A stretch of 64,000 nucleotides of DNA from Octopus vulgaris. Lineage: Eukaryota. The notes below the pieces were generated by a model. The model did not search any database. It was not told the origin of the DNA and saw only the letters and a program-made list of their open reading frames with translations. Positions 1 through 13,365 of this stretch are shown here, one piece after another (position 1 is the stretch's first letter; each line of letters begins with the position of its first letter). The DNA is taken from the NCBI GenBank assembly GCA_951406725.2, contig OX597829.1, forward strand, positions 6,386,001 to 6,450,000, in the 5' to 3' direction. The position numbers and the translations under genes are program-made.

Positions 1-568
1 TTAAGCAAAAGATTGGAATTGATAAATCTTTGCTGATATTTCAATCGATATTCATAAAGGAATTTCCTAATAATAAGTGTCTAAAACAGATTATTTTCAA
101 AATTACTAATTAACCAGACCCTAAAACATGAATTTTTAATTAATCATCAACTCTAGCACTTAATTATTATGTTTCCTTTACTTTTATGTGATTTATATAC
201 GTGATATTGGAGATTAGAAATCGTATGGAGCAAAGATTGTTTGCCAACACAACATGGTAGTCCTGGTTTAGGACGAATGTTGCTGTAATTTAGCCCCAGA
301 TTCTCGTTGTAGAAATCTCATGATTTCGCAGTGGAAAAAAAAAAACAAGAAAACAATTGTTCTACGCATGGCGCTTCAATAGAGGAGATGCGTATTTTCT
401 GAAACTTTTAACAACCAATCATGTTTCTAAGCTGGCCAGTTCCTATTCCACGTTCTTAAACCGTATATTTGTAGACATATTCAATGCACCCCAATAGTAC
501 CATGGGAATCAGTTGAGTAATCGATAATATGAAATTCAGATTTAGGATTTAAGTTTCAGCAGCTAATT

Positions 569-1326
569 ATGTATGTATGTATGTATGTATGTATGTATGT
601 ATGTATGTATGTATGTATGTATGTATTTATGCATGAATGCATGCATGCATGCATGTATGTATGTATGTATGTATGTATGAATGTATGTATGTATGTATGT
701 ATGCATGCATGCATGTATGTATTTATGCATGCATGTATGTATGTATGTATGTATGTATGTATGTATGTATGTATGTATGTATGTATGTATGTATGTATGT
801 ATGTATGTATGTATGCATGCATGTATGTATGTATGTATTTATGTATGTATGTATGTATGTATGTATTTATGTATGTATGTAAGTATGTATGTATGTATGT
901 ATGTATGTATGTATGCATGCATGTATGCATGTATGTATTTATGCATGCATGCATGCATGCATGTATGTATGTATGTATTTATGTATGTATGTATGTATGT
1001 ATGTATGTATGTATGTATGTACGTATGTATGTATGTATGTATGTGTGTATGTATGTATGCATGCATGTATGCATGTATGTATTTATGCATGCATGCATGC
1101 ATGCATGTATGTATGTATGTATGTATGCATGCATGCATGTATGTATGTATGCATGTATGTATTTATGTATGTATGTATGTATGTATGTATGTATGTATGC
1201 ATGTATGTATGTATTTATGTATGTATGTATGTAAGTATGTATGTATGTATGTATGTATGTATGTATGTATGTATGTATGCATGCATGCATGTATGTATTT
1301 ATGCATGTATGTATTTATGTATGTAT
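569..1326. repeat. (ATGT)n microsatellite with ATGC/ATTT variant units
   Basis: Tetranucleotide array read directly; explains the MYVC/HTYI ORFs. Confidence 0.98.
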
Positions 1327-1328
1327 AT

Positions 1329-1415
1329 CAGGTCACCCTTACCCTTAGTGCGATCGGTAACATCTAATTCAATGCAAACTATCGCTTGGTCGGACTGTCG
1401 TCGAATAAAGCGTCA
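1329..1415 (+). mobile_element. Diverged short copy of the element end seen at 5000-5090 (putative RTE 5' end)
   Basis: caggtcac...agtgc...ggtaacat.taa...tggtcgg...gtcg.cga.taaa aligns to the reverse complement of ~5010-5090. Confidence 0.5.
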
Positions 1416-1654
1416 ACGATGCCAATCCTATCTATCACTGCCTTTTTCTCTTCCACCCTCTCTCTCTTTTCCTCCCTATATATATATATATATATATATT
1501 CCAGTCTTGTCGGGGGAACATTCACTAGGACAAATAATCAGTCCACAATTCTTTCCTGTATGTATATGTATATATGTATATTGTATAGGTATATATTTGT
1601 ATGTGTGTGTGAGAGAGAGTGTGTGCATGTTTGTGCATCTTTGAGTCTAGGTTT

Positions 1655-1790
1655 GTCCACTACTACCGCTTCACAACCGGCGTTGGTGTTGTTTACGAAA
1701 CGTAGCGGTTCGGCTTAGGACACCGATAGAATAAATACCAGGCTTACAAAAAAATAAGTACTGGGGTCGATCCATTCGAATAAAATTTCT
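1655..1790 (+). mobile_element. SINE body fragment (family also at 11482, 15729, 22745)
   Basis: ttggtg..gtttacg..tagcggttcggc..accgatagaataa.tac.aggcttacaaa..aataagt.ctggggtcgat is reverse-complement similar to 11540-11645. Confidence 0.7.
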
Positions 1791-2086
1791 TCTTGGCATT
1801 ATCCCCCCCACACACATACACACACAGACACATGCAAGGTATCAAGGTGTCTCTTAATTTTAACACCTGTATTATGCATTGCATACCATGGTTAGACTTA
1901 CATGAAAAATGGGGAAAAAAACTAATATTTAAGTGTAGTCTTCTTATATCGTCGGTGGCAAGCTCACTGAACACATGTGCGCAAAATGGTTTAGATTCCT
2001 TGTACTATAAAAATCTACACGTAGGCCTCCCATATTTCAGAAAACAAACACGTAATTTTTGCAATCCAAAATTGAGTATATATACA

Positions 2087-2143
<57 letters not shown>

Positions 2144-2808
2144 TTGTTTGTATGTGTATCAGTGTGTGTGTGAGTGTGTGTATTTTGTGAGTGGATATGT
2201 GAAAAGGTGTGCGTTAGAAATACCATGAATTTAAATATTAAATTGTAACGCTTGTACGAAAATTACTCGGCAGCTGACCGTGCAGTTAGAAGAATTATCC
2301 ATTTAGGCATATTGACATAATGTTCTATATTGATTTACTTTATCCACCCATGTGCAATTCAAAAATGAAATACTAAAAGTAACATACAGCCTGAATGTCA
2401 GTACAAAACATCGGTACCCGTGGAATGGTATAAGAAACCAAACCAGATTGAATGAGGTTACAATATATATCTAGTGATAACACTATCACTATCATTATTG
2501 CTACAAAGCTTGGTGTTTACTACGAAATTTTGTTGATAAAAGGCTCTAACAAACACGTATTCCAGAAAATGAGACCCCACTGTGCAAAATTTGTTAAAGA
2601 GTTCTAAATGAAAAAGACGAATGTAGGCACCAACAATAACCAAAGAATGTTGATTCCGAAAAAAGCTACGTGTTTCCATAAATGTAACACATTTATCCAC
2701 ATATACAAATGTTGTTACATGTAAGAATATATATGTAAGAATATATTTCTGTATGTGTATATATACATACGTATGTACACATAAATATAGGTATATCTAT
2801 ATCTACAA

Positions 2809-3029
<221 letters not shown>

Positions 3030-3083
3030 ATGACTGAGGGCATTATTCAACACCATTATTGCTAGAAATAAGAGTTAAAATAA

Positions 3084-3227
3084 CTCACCTAGCGCCTTGG
3101 GTTAAACACAGCTCGCCTTGACAATTTATAAGATTATCGTAGAAATCACACGCTGATTTCCGTGATTTCTACGATAATCTTATAAACTGACAAGGCGAGC
3201 TGAGTTTAACCCAAGGCGCTAGGTGAG
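3084..3227. repeat. Fold-back inverted repeat, 66-bp arms, 12-nt loop
   Basis: 3084-3149 is the reverse complement of 3162-3227 with 3 mismatches. Confidence 0.95.
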
Positions 3228-3250
3228 AGTCACTGACACAGACACACACT

Positions 3251-3292
<42 letters not shown>

Positions 3293-3383
3293 CGCATATA
3301 TTTATACGTATATGAACATATTTATATGCATATACATGTAAATGTCTATATCTATATACGTGCTTACATACATGCATATACAT

Positions 3384-3425
<42 letters not shown>

Positions 3426-3436
3426 GTATATATGTA

Positions 3437-3510
<74 letters not shown>

Positions 3511-3513
3511 TGC

Positions 3514-3553
<40 letters not shown>

Positions 3554-3608
3554 ATATGTTCATAGTAGCTGCTTTCTCGAATAAGAGGAAAGCCACTGCT
3601 AGAAAGAA

Positions 3609-4320
3609 TTATTGAAATGAGTCACTGATTGTGCAGTGTGCAGTATATGACTCTTGAGCCCGACCAAATATTTGTATAATTCCATTGCATAATGCAACGC
3701 TACGCTGGCTAAGAAAGAGAACAGGTTTTGCAGTATGAAGTCTTTTGACAAGCCTTCTCAATCGTCCAACTGAAATGCAATCTTTTCCACAGGTTGCACA
3801 TGTTCTATTGCGAACAATAGATCCATCGCAATTTACAAAATGCTGATTCCTGTGAGTTCTCTGATGGCCGACCATGCCTGTATGACTCAAGCATTTCTTC
3901 TCACACATTACTCACATAAAAAGCAACAATTCCTCGTTTTCCAAATTCATTATTTCAGAGCCTTACCTTGATTTTCTCTTGCTTCATTCTCTCTCCTTCA
4001 AACCTCGAACAACCATTGTGCATTCTTTTCCTCCATCCATTTCGGTCTTCTGTCTCCCTCTCTCAATGAACGGCAATTCTGAGGGAGTCCTTGAACCTCA
4101 TTTTGGGTTTACCGGCTGGTCTCCTACCATCTTCCAGATCACCATGCAAAGGTTGTTTGGGAGTTTTTTCATCGTTCATTCTCACCCGATGTCCATCCCA
4201 CCTCAAACGATTTTGCAGAATCATCGATTCTACACTCTTACTACCACTTCCCACAAGTACCTCCTTATCACTAATCGCCATTTACCAATTATCCCAATAA
4301 ATTTCCTATGACAATATTGA
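3609..4320 (-). pseudogene. RTE-clade LINE, 3' part of ORF (post-RT region and C-terminal C2H2 fingers), frameshifted
   Basis: ISDKEVL..ESMILQNRLRWDGHRVRMNDEKTPKQPLHGDLEDGRRPAGKPKMRFKD is the RTE 'RLRW.GH..RM' signature; CEKKCLSHTGMVGHQRTH and CATCGKDC are finger-like. Confidence 0.9.
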
Positions 4321-4744
4321 TACTATCCTTTCAAATGTCTTAAATGCCTAAGAAAAACAACCTTTGAGAGATCAATGATAGCAGGACACATGTGCTATAA
4401 ACACTGACTGGAGATATTTATCAAGTATACGGCAGGTCGTGCTAGCCTGGATGATTCTATAAGAATTTTATCACCAACACCAGTAGTACTGAAAGTACAT
4501 CCTAACTAAAGTAATTTAGTTACAACTTTAATACATAATCACAAAAGGTTTCTTATAAATTTAGCAGATGTTCCTAAAAATCTTGTTTAGTATCTTAAAT
4601 GGAAGATTCCTGATTTGAAAAATAGGAAATGTTAGGCTTTCTTAGATAATGTTCTGTCTTATTTCAAATGCTTATTTCTTGAATTTTGAGAACAATTGTA
4701 TCATTGAATCCAAGTTTCCTACACACAGATGTATATATATTTTA

Positions 4745-5090
4745 TGTCGGAGTTATCCCAGTTACCTGAGTTACCCTCTCCTAGAAGGATGCCCTAACAA
4801 AGGCTAGGAGTCCTTCACTCCCAATGGTTTAACCGCGCGATCGGGTATTCAGTCCGATTAATTCTATGTCCCCGTGCATGATATAGCCTTAAGACATTTA
4901 TTGGATGGCCGTTGACTCTCAAGAGTTCCTCCACTCTTTGACGGGTTTTGTTTTTCATCCCGCAGGGTGTCCAATAAACACCCTCCTCACCAAGCAAGCT
5001 TGGTGGGGCTGCCGGTTTAGTCGCCGACGACCCGACCATGCAACATGTACTGGGTTACATGTTACCAGTAGCACTCGAAAGTGACCTGAC
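4745..5090 (-). mobile_element. GC-rich putative 5' UTR of an RTE-type element
   Basis: GC-rich non-coding block co-oriented with and upstream of the RTE ORF fragment; end homologous to 1329-1415; abuts (TACA)n. Confidence 0.5.
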
Positions 5091-5400
5091 ATAAACATAC
5101 ATACATACATACATTACATACATACATGCATACATACATACATACATACAGACATACATAAATACATACATACATAAATACATACATACATACATACATA
5201 CATACATTACATACATACATGCATACATACATACATACGCACATAAATACATACATACATACATACATAAATACATACATAAATACATACATACATACAA
5301 ACATACACACATACATTACATACATACATGCATACATGCATACATACATACATACACACATACATACATACATACATACATACATAAAAACATACATACA
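5090..5400. repeat. (TACA)n microsatellite
   Basis: Direct reading. Confidence 0.95.
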
Positions 5401-5621
5401 TATATAAGTGTGTAGGTGTGTGTATGTGTGTGTGCATACATATGAAGAGAGTTATCAATGTTTATATGCATAAATATACTTCCGAACATGTTTCTACGTT
5501 CGGTTGCCTAAATACTATATATCCTATTTACATCCTAAGGACTTTCACTTGACATCCACTATTCAAAGCTGAAAGCAATGTACCACACACACACACATTC
5601 ACACATACACACGCACACACG

Positions 5622-5665
<44 letters not shown>

Positions 5666-6073
5666 AGTTAGACTCACAAACACACATATAACGTCACACT
5701 CACTTACACCTAAGTATATTACAGAAATGCATAAGAAATAGGCGCAACGCTTACAAATATGAACACAAGAGACAAACTATTCTGATATACGTGTATTCGT
5801 ATATCAGTTGCTCAAAGACGCACAATCTGCTTTCGACACTTGTCCACATTCGTGTAAATGCACACATATACTAAGAAATGTTTACATGTAAGTTCATATG
5901 AAAATTTACGTATAGAAACTTGAAAATAAATGTATAGAATAGCTTGAAACATACCATGCAATTGAATAAATGTTTAGGCAGATACACCTATTGTGCCTCT
6001 GCCTATAAATATGAGTATGTGTGTACAATACATACTTACTCATTATATATATATATATATATTTCTCTCTATG

Positions 6074-6120
<47 letters not shown>

Positions 6121-6124
<4 letters not shown>

Positions 6125-6412
6125 CGTAATCGACCGGGCTATCAGTTGTTGCTACACATCGCTGGTTACAATGCGCTTCGCATTGTTTTAGTCTTCAAAT
6201 GACGCCACACTGCTGGCTAAGCGAGCAGGCCAACAGAAGAAAGAGTGAGAGAAGGTTGCTGTGAAAGAGTACAGCAGGGATCGCCACCACCCCCTGCCGG
6301 AGCCTTGTGGAGCTATTTAGGTGTTTTCGCTCAATAAACACTCACAACGTCTGGGAATCGAAACCGCGATCCTATAACCGCGGGTCTGCTGCCCTAACCA
6401 CTGGTCCATTGC
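6121..6412 (-). mobile_element. tRNA-headed SINE, variant with an alternative 3' tail
   Basis: 6241-6412 matches the head/body of SINEs at 17879-18256 and 32658-33058 (A-box and B-box like); 6121-6240 differs. Confidence 0.85.
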
Positions 6413-6419
6413 TATATAT

Positions 6420-6540
6420 AGATATAAATTTAAAAATAGGATAAAATCTTCATAAGAAATTATCAAGTAGTTAGCGTGAAAAAACCTCGTAAGAGAAAAA
6501 ATCTGTAAATATAGAGGGCACTATTACACATAGATGCTGC
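6420..6540. repeat. AT-rich ~120 bp element end, directly repeated at 7372-7540 (putative Penelope-like terminus)
   Basis: agaaattatca.gtagttagcgtgaaaaa.cctc.taagagaaaaa...tatagagggca.tattacacat in both copies; both start after TA runs. Confidence 0.7.
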
Positions 6541-7075
6541 ACGCTAGGAGGGACTTTTAAAGTCAAAACTACCAAAATAAACAAATTGTACCGAATGCAA
6601 TCTTCGAAGCGAGTCATTTAAAAACAGCCCACATATAACATCGAAATGTAAATCATTTTCCCTTTATTAAAATTATACTCATATCACATAAATATAAATT
6701 TAATGTATAAATTTGTAATTAAATCTTTGAGTATTACTTGAAACAGCTGTAAGAAGAGAAGCTGACCAATTTGTTAATAAAGAATTATTAACTTCCTTCT
6801 CGCCATTTCCTTTTCTTTTCTTGTTGTTGTTGTTGTTATTGTTGTTGTTGTTGTTCTTCTTCTTCCTCCTTCTTCTTCTTCATATATATATATAGTAGTT
6901 GAATGAATTATCTTGTTATGGATAATTCGGTTAACCGATACCTGGGTAGCAAATTCACATCAGAGAAGACACGTTTGAAGTTACGTGCTTTCGTGTGGAA
7001 ATTTGTATGTATTTTTTAAAAAATATAACTATATGAAGGAATGGAGTTGAACGACGAACTAACAAAATTCCTTTA

Positions 7076-7158
7076 TTTTCGACGTATGTTTCGAAGGCTG
7101 CATATCCCTAATTGCGAAGGAATAAGGAGTTTATTATGCCGCTTTCTCATCAGGAAAA
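7076..7158 (-). ncRNA. Type I hammerhead ribozyme motif (Penelope-like/retrozyme type)
   Basis: Minus strand: ttttc CUGAUGA gaaagcggcata..tatgcagccttc GAAAC auac GUC gaaaa; stem I ttttc/gaaaa, stem II 10 of 12 pairs, minimal stem III, intact core. Confidence 0.75.
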
Positions 7159-7295
7159 GCAAGGAACTTATGTCAACATCAAGATGCACAAAAAACTTTT
7201 AGATGACTGCTCACACGGAGCCCATGGTGATAATGAGTGTCTCTTTAAAAATTTCCTTTATAAGGAGTGATCTTATTGTTAGTTCAACTCCATTC

Positions 7296-7377
<82 letters not shown>

Positions 7378-7541
7378 TTAACAATTAAGGATAACTTCTT
7401 AATAAGGAATCTTAACGAGAAATTATCAGGTAGTTAGCGTGAAAAACCTCATAAGAGAAAAACATTGGAAAATAATTTTTTCCTTTTGAAAATATTAATT
7501 TATATTGTATAGAGGGCATTATTACACATGCGTGGGGCATT

Positions 7542-7593
<52 letters not shown>

Positions 7594-7600
7594 AGAGAGA

Positions 7601-7865
7601 CACTATAGGGTCATAAATGACCTTGGGATATCACCTAGAAAGTTACCCTCTGAGACACAAGTCTGGGCAAGGTTGTTTATGGAAGACCAGCAGTCACCCA
7701 TGGATACTAGCCTCCCCCTCCCTCCACTGATGTCGAGCAAGGGATAGACAAAGGCTGATGCAGCTAGGTATCAGGGAAATAACTACTCAGTTCTACAGCT
7801 GAGTGAACTGGAGCACTGTAAAATAGTGTCTTGCTCAAGAGCTCACAACACAGACCAGTCCGACC
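7601..7865 (-). mobile_element. SINE (CORE-like body), head missing; same family as 12629-12934
   Basis: ggcaaggttgtttatg.aagaccagcagtc..ctacagctgagtgaactggagca..gtgtcttgctcaaga shared with the 12.6 kb copy. Confidence 0.85.
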
Positions 7866-7928
7866 TATATATGTGTGCGTGTGTGTGTCTGTATTTCTAA
7901 AGGTATATATACATATATACGCGTATGT

Positions 7929-8017
<89 letters not shown>

Positions 8018-8048
8018 TATATATTTATATATATACATATATATATAC

Positions 8049-8114
<66 letters not shown>

Positions 8115-8399
8115 CGAGGATAATATAAAATGAATCAGTTTCATCACAGAATCAAAAACTGGAATTTATAGACAAGTTTCACCTAAGTGCATTCGCGAAC
8201 GTGGACTCAAACACTTCAGCAAAATGACACCTAGTCACACTTATAATAGCACTGGCACGCAAAAGCATATACGTGCGTGCATGTATGTATAGAAACACGC
8301 ATACATACTCATACACATAGATATGTATATACACATATATGTGTGTGTGTGTGTTTGTGTATACATAAATATATAGACACACACACACATACACACATA

Positions 8400-8575
8400 T
8401 ATATATATATGTATGTATATATGTATGTATGTATGTAAGTATTAATGTATGTTTGCATGTATGTATATAAGTATGTATATATGTATATATGTTTGCATGT
8501 ATGTATGTATGTATGTATGTATATATGTATGTAAGCATGAATGTATGTTTGAAATTATGTATGTAAGTATGTATG

Positions 8576-8609
<34 letters not shown>

Positions 8610-8659
8610 TGTATGTATGTATGTATGTATGTATGTATGTATGTATGTATGTATGTATG

Positions 8660-8691
<32 letters not shown>

Positions 8692-8880
8692 AATGTATGT
8701 ATGTATGTATGCATGCATATATGTATGTATGTAAGAATGTATGTATGTATGTAAGTATGTAAGTATGTATGTATGTATGTATGTATATATGTATGTACGT
8801 AAGTATGTATGTATGTATGTATGTATGTATGTATGTATGTATGCATGCATATATGTATGTAAGTATGTATGTATGTATGT
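8400..8880. repeat. (ATGT)n microsatellite
   Basis: Direct reading. Confidence 0.95.
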
Positions 8881-8994
8881 TTGAATGTGGGGCTGAAATA
8901 TGTGCGTTTATATGTAATCTAAAACTGTCACATAAAGATTCATAGAAACATAAACATACACAATCATTTATAGCGTCACACAGACACGTGCGCC

Positions 8995-9039
<45 letters not shown>

Positions 9040-9567
9040 GCGCGCACGCACACGTTCATTGTAGCTTGTTTTCGAATTAATTTTCTCTTTCGCATATCAA
9101 TGTTTCCTTGTTTAGATTTCATTCTTCAAAATGCGGGAAATGTTATACAAAATAATAAATGAAAAAACAAGTAAAACAATTTTGCATCAAAAATAAGTAA
9201 ACACGCAAACAATAACAATAATATCAACCACAACAAAAATGACACATACACACACACACGGAAACACTCACATTCATACACACAAGCACACAGACACACA
9301 CCCACACACACATATACGTTTATACGACTATCTGTGTGTATCTCGCTAAAAACTAAATAAAAATCATATAAAAAGCTTATTACATTCCAGCTGAGAACAT
9401 GTTAAAATTGTGAGTTATTCTTCTAGCAGACAAAATAATACGGAATGGTTTTGACGTCTTATATATTCTTTCTTACCATTTTCTTCAACTCTTTTGTTTT
9501 AGCTTTGTATTGTGACACAAAGTTAAAACTTTTGAAAACAATATGCTATAAATTCAGGTATGCACGC

Positions 9568-9629
<62 letters not shown>

Positions 9630-9691
9630 ACATGTATATATATATATATACATTGTACATAGTTATGTATATATATATATATCTACGTAGT

Positions 9692-9745
<54 letters not shown>

Positions 9746-11105
9746 TGTATGTATATCCATATATATACATATGCATGCATATGCCTGTGTACGTTTGTGT
9801 GAGTGTCTATGTTTGTGTGTGTGCACGCATACATTTATAAACGAATAGGTAAATATAATTATGTATACAATATAAACATGTATATGTTCGTAAGAACATG
9901 TACGCACACACATATGTATATACATACATATATATACATACAATATTTATATTTATGTATGTGTATATACACTCACATATTTGTATGTGTGTATATGAAG
10001 GTACATATTTATGAGAACAAACCGTATATATATATGCATGTATATATATATATATATATGTGTGTGCGTGTGTGTATATATGGATATATATATATATGTG
10101 TGTGTATATATATACATATATATATACCTGCATGTATAAATGTATACGCCAAGGCATGCAATGCTATGTTACTAACATATAGATATACTTATCATCATAA
10201 TCATCTATATTGTATATAGGCTATATATTTCCGTACAATATTGTACATACATAAACATTGTGGCATACAATACCCATATATATTTCACCACTGTAAGCAT
10301 ACATTCAAGAATGTACGCATTTTGCGTGGATATATTTTTATATGAATATACATACAGTTTATATGAATGTTTAGCAATATTTCCGCATCATTTTCCGTAC
10401 AAGTATTAATGTACAGATTTCATTTCAAAATGTATATTACAAACAATTCCATTAAAAATATCATCACATGATATACATGTTTTGCTAAATGTTTTATTGT
10501 TCATTCTGCCTATCTTTCTTGATGTCTTTCTTCTCTCTTGGTATAATGTATGTGAGTGTGTGTGCGTGCGCATGTGTGTATGAAGGTATTGTGTGCATAT
10601 GTATAGATATATTTGTGCACATAAACACAGTCGTACATATACATATACGTATGCACGTCAGTGTATATGTGTATGCGGATGTGTGTGTATATGTGTGTAT
10701 GTTATATGCTGATAAAATCGTACGATTTCAAATCCTAGGCCTTATAGAACTAATTAGGCCTTCTCCATAGCGTATAATTGTTTATAGATCAACACAGCCT
10801 TCTAAAGGCCAGTTAACTACAGCTTCACTCATTTACAGTTGAAATTAACTAGAGACCAGAGCAATATAAAAGGAAATGTTTCGCTTCAGAAGACAAGATG
10901 TCAGAAGCCACGACATAGCGATCGCATGTTCAACGCGATAGCTGTAGACCATCTATATCAACATTGGCGGCTGTGTATGTATATACGTGTATGTTCTTGT
11001 GTGTGTGTGTGTGAATAAATATATACACGTATGTTTATAAATATATTCAAACATACATACATACATGCATACGCACATAAATACATATATATATATATAT
11101 ATATG

Positions 11106-11278
11106 AATAAAAAATGGAGTTAACGCAGGTGTAAACAAATATTTTTACTTTCGACACATGTTTCGAAAATTCCATTGTTTATACCATTTATTCTTTTGAA
11201 TAGTATCAGTGGAATTTTCGAAACATGTGTCGAAAGTAAAAATATTTGTTTACACCTGCGTTAACTCCATTTTTTATT
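11106..11278. repeat. Perfect fold-back inverted repeat, 69-bp arms, 35-nt spacer; contains the hammerhead 3' half GAAACATGTGTC
   Basis: 11106-11174 is the exact reverse complement of 11210-11278; starts just after (TA)n. Confidence 0.95.
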
Positions 11279-11425
11279 GATATTATTCAAATATTCAACG
11301 TAAATACGAAGTTTCTACCTTTATAAACAAGGGGTTACAACACCTTTACTTGTGAGATTTTTGCTGCCCTGGTAACTATTTATTTATTTTTCCGTGTTAA
11401 TTGTTAACAAGGTAAAAATACACTC

Positions 11426-11975
<550 letters not shown>

Positions 11976-12628
11976 GTACAATATATGTGTGTGTGTGTGT
12001 GTGTGAGTGTGCGTGTATATATATATATATGTATATTTAAACACACAAACAAATATGTACATATATGTTTATGCCTTATACATATTCTTAAAATACAGGG
12101 ACTCTAGACAGTGAGAAAATAAGGAACATCATCAGAAAAACTTAAGAAAGTTTATTCAAAAATGGAAAGAGAAGAATGAAACGAAATCAGAAAAATTAAG
12201 ATCCTCTTTCTCCCTGATTGTAGAAAGCACATTAAATACAACTGGTATAGAATAAAATAACAGAAATATCTAAGTCTGCGAGACAGCCACTCAATCTGTA
12301 TCGAGTAATGTCCTCCATTTCGACAACGGAAACCTGTCCATGTGTTTGCCCCTGCTTCCTATAATTTTGTTCTATATCACCTGTAATATTTGAGGTTCCT
12401 GCAATCTGAGAGGACGTTTTATTTCGTTTCTTTTCATTCAATATTTTTCACCAACATTCGTCAGGTTTTTTTTTTCACGTTTGCTATTTTGTTACTGTCC
12501 AGCGTCCTTGTTTTTAAAAAATATGTATATAAGGCATAATCAGTTCCTGAAAGATTGCTTTGAGATTTGTGGCGCATTCTATAAAAATGCCTAGTGAAAG
12601 TATAATAAAAGCATGGAACTATATCGTA

Positions 12629-12934
12629 GACTCCCTTCGGTCATGAATGACCATGGAATTGCACCTAGAATGCTATCCTCCGAGGCACAAGTCCGGGCAA
12701 GGTTGTTTATGAAAGACCAGCAGTCGCCCATGCATACCAGTCTCCCCTCTCCACGCCAAGGAAAAGGCAAAAGCTGATACAGCTTTGCACCTCATTTCTA
12801 CAGCTGAGTGAACTGGAGCAACGGGAAATAAAGTGTCTTGCTCAAGAACACAACACGCAGCCCGGTCCAGGATTCGAACACCTAACCTCACGGTCGTAAG
12901 TTCGACGCTGCAAGCACTGAGTCATGCATCTTCA
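12629..12934 (-). mobile_element. tRNA-headed CORE-like SINE
   Basis: rc gives ..gactcagtgcttgcagcgtcg..GTTCGAATCC.. (B box) then gttcttgagcaagacactt..ctccagttcactcagctgtagaaatg. Confidence 0.85.
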
Positions 12935-13240
12935 AGTGGAACACACACACACAAAAACACACACACACACACACACACATGCATATAAAGACAAGTGTAT
13001 AAGAGGAGAGGAGACCACCAAGTGGATTCCTTACATGCTAGAAATATATATAGCAAAATAAGAAAATGGAGGAATAGATTTCATTCAATCATAAACTTCC
13101 AGATAATACCAATTCATATAATTTATTAACTAATTATTTATATTAAATAGGAACATCCAAATCCAACAGAATAAGACAGAATAAAACAATATACATCAAT
13201 AAGTAAGATAATACCATAAGGATAATACATATAAAATGGT

Positions 13241-13365
13241 CCTTACAGCTGTTTCAGCCTGTAGATAAGAGTATCTCATTATGCCCATATTAGTCACATG
13301 TATTGAGGTAATATGCAGTATAAAAATGAGTTACTTATATATATATCTCAAGGCCTCGTCAGAGA
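13241..13365 (-). ncRNA. Type I hammerhead ribozyme motif with long stem II and palindromic stem III
   Basis: Minus strand: tct CUGACGA ggcct..(~90 nt rod)..aggct GAAAC agcu GUA agg; ACAGCTGT palindrome; stem I short. Confidence 0.65.

Noticed and set aside
556-1367. Long ORFs such as [16 protein letters not shown] (also at 8.2-9.0, 53.2-53.5 and 54.4-55.7 kb)
   Set aside because: Translations of stop-free tetranucleotide repeats, not genes
6740-6755. GAAACAGCTGTA hammerhead 3' half
   Set aside because: No CTGANGA upstream; at most a truncated relic
12232-12441. 69-aa minus-strand ORF in unique sequence
   Set aside because: No recognisable motif or convincing splice donor; length expected by chance
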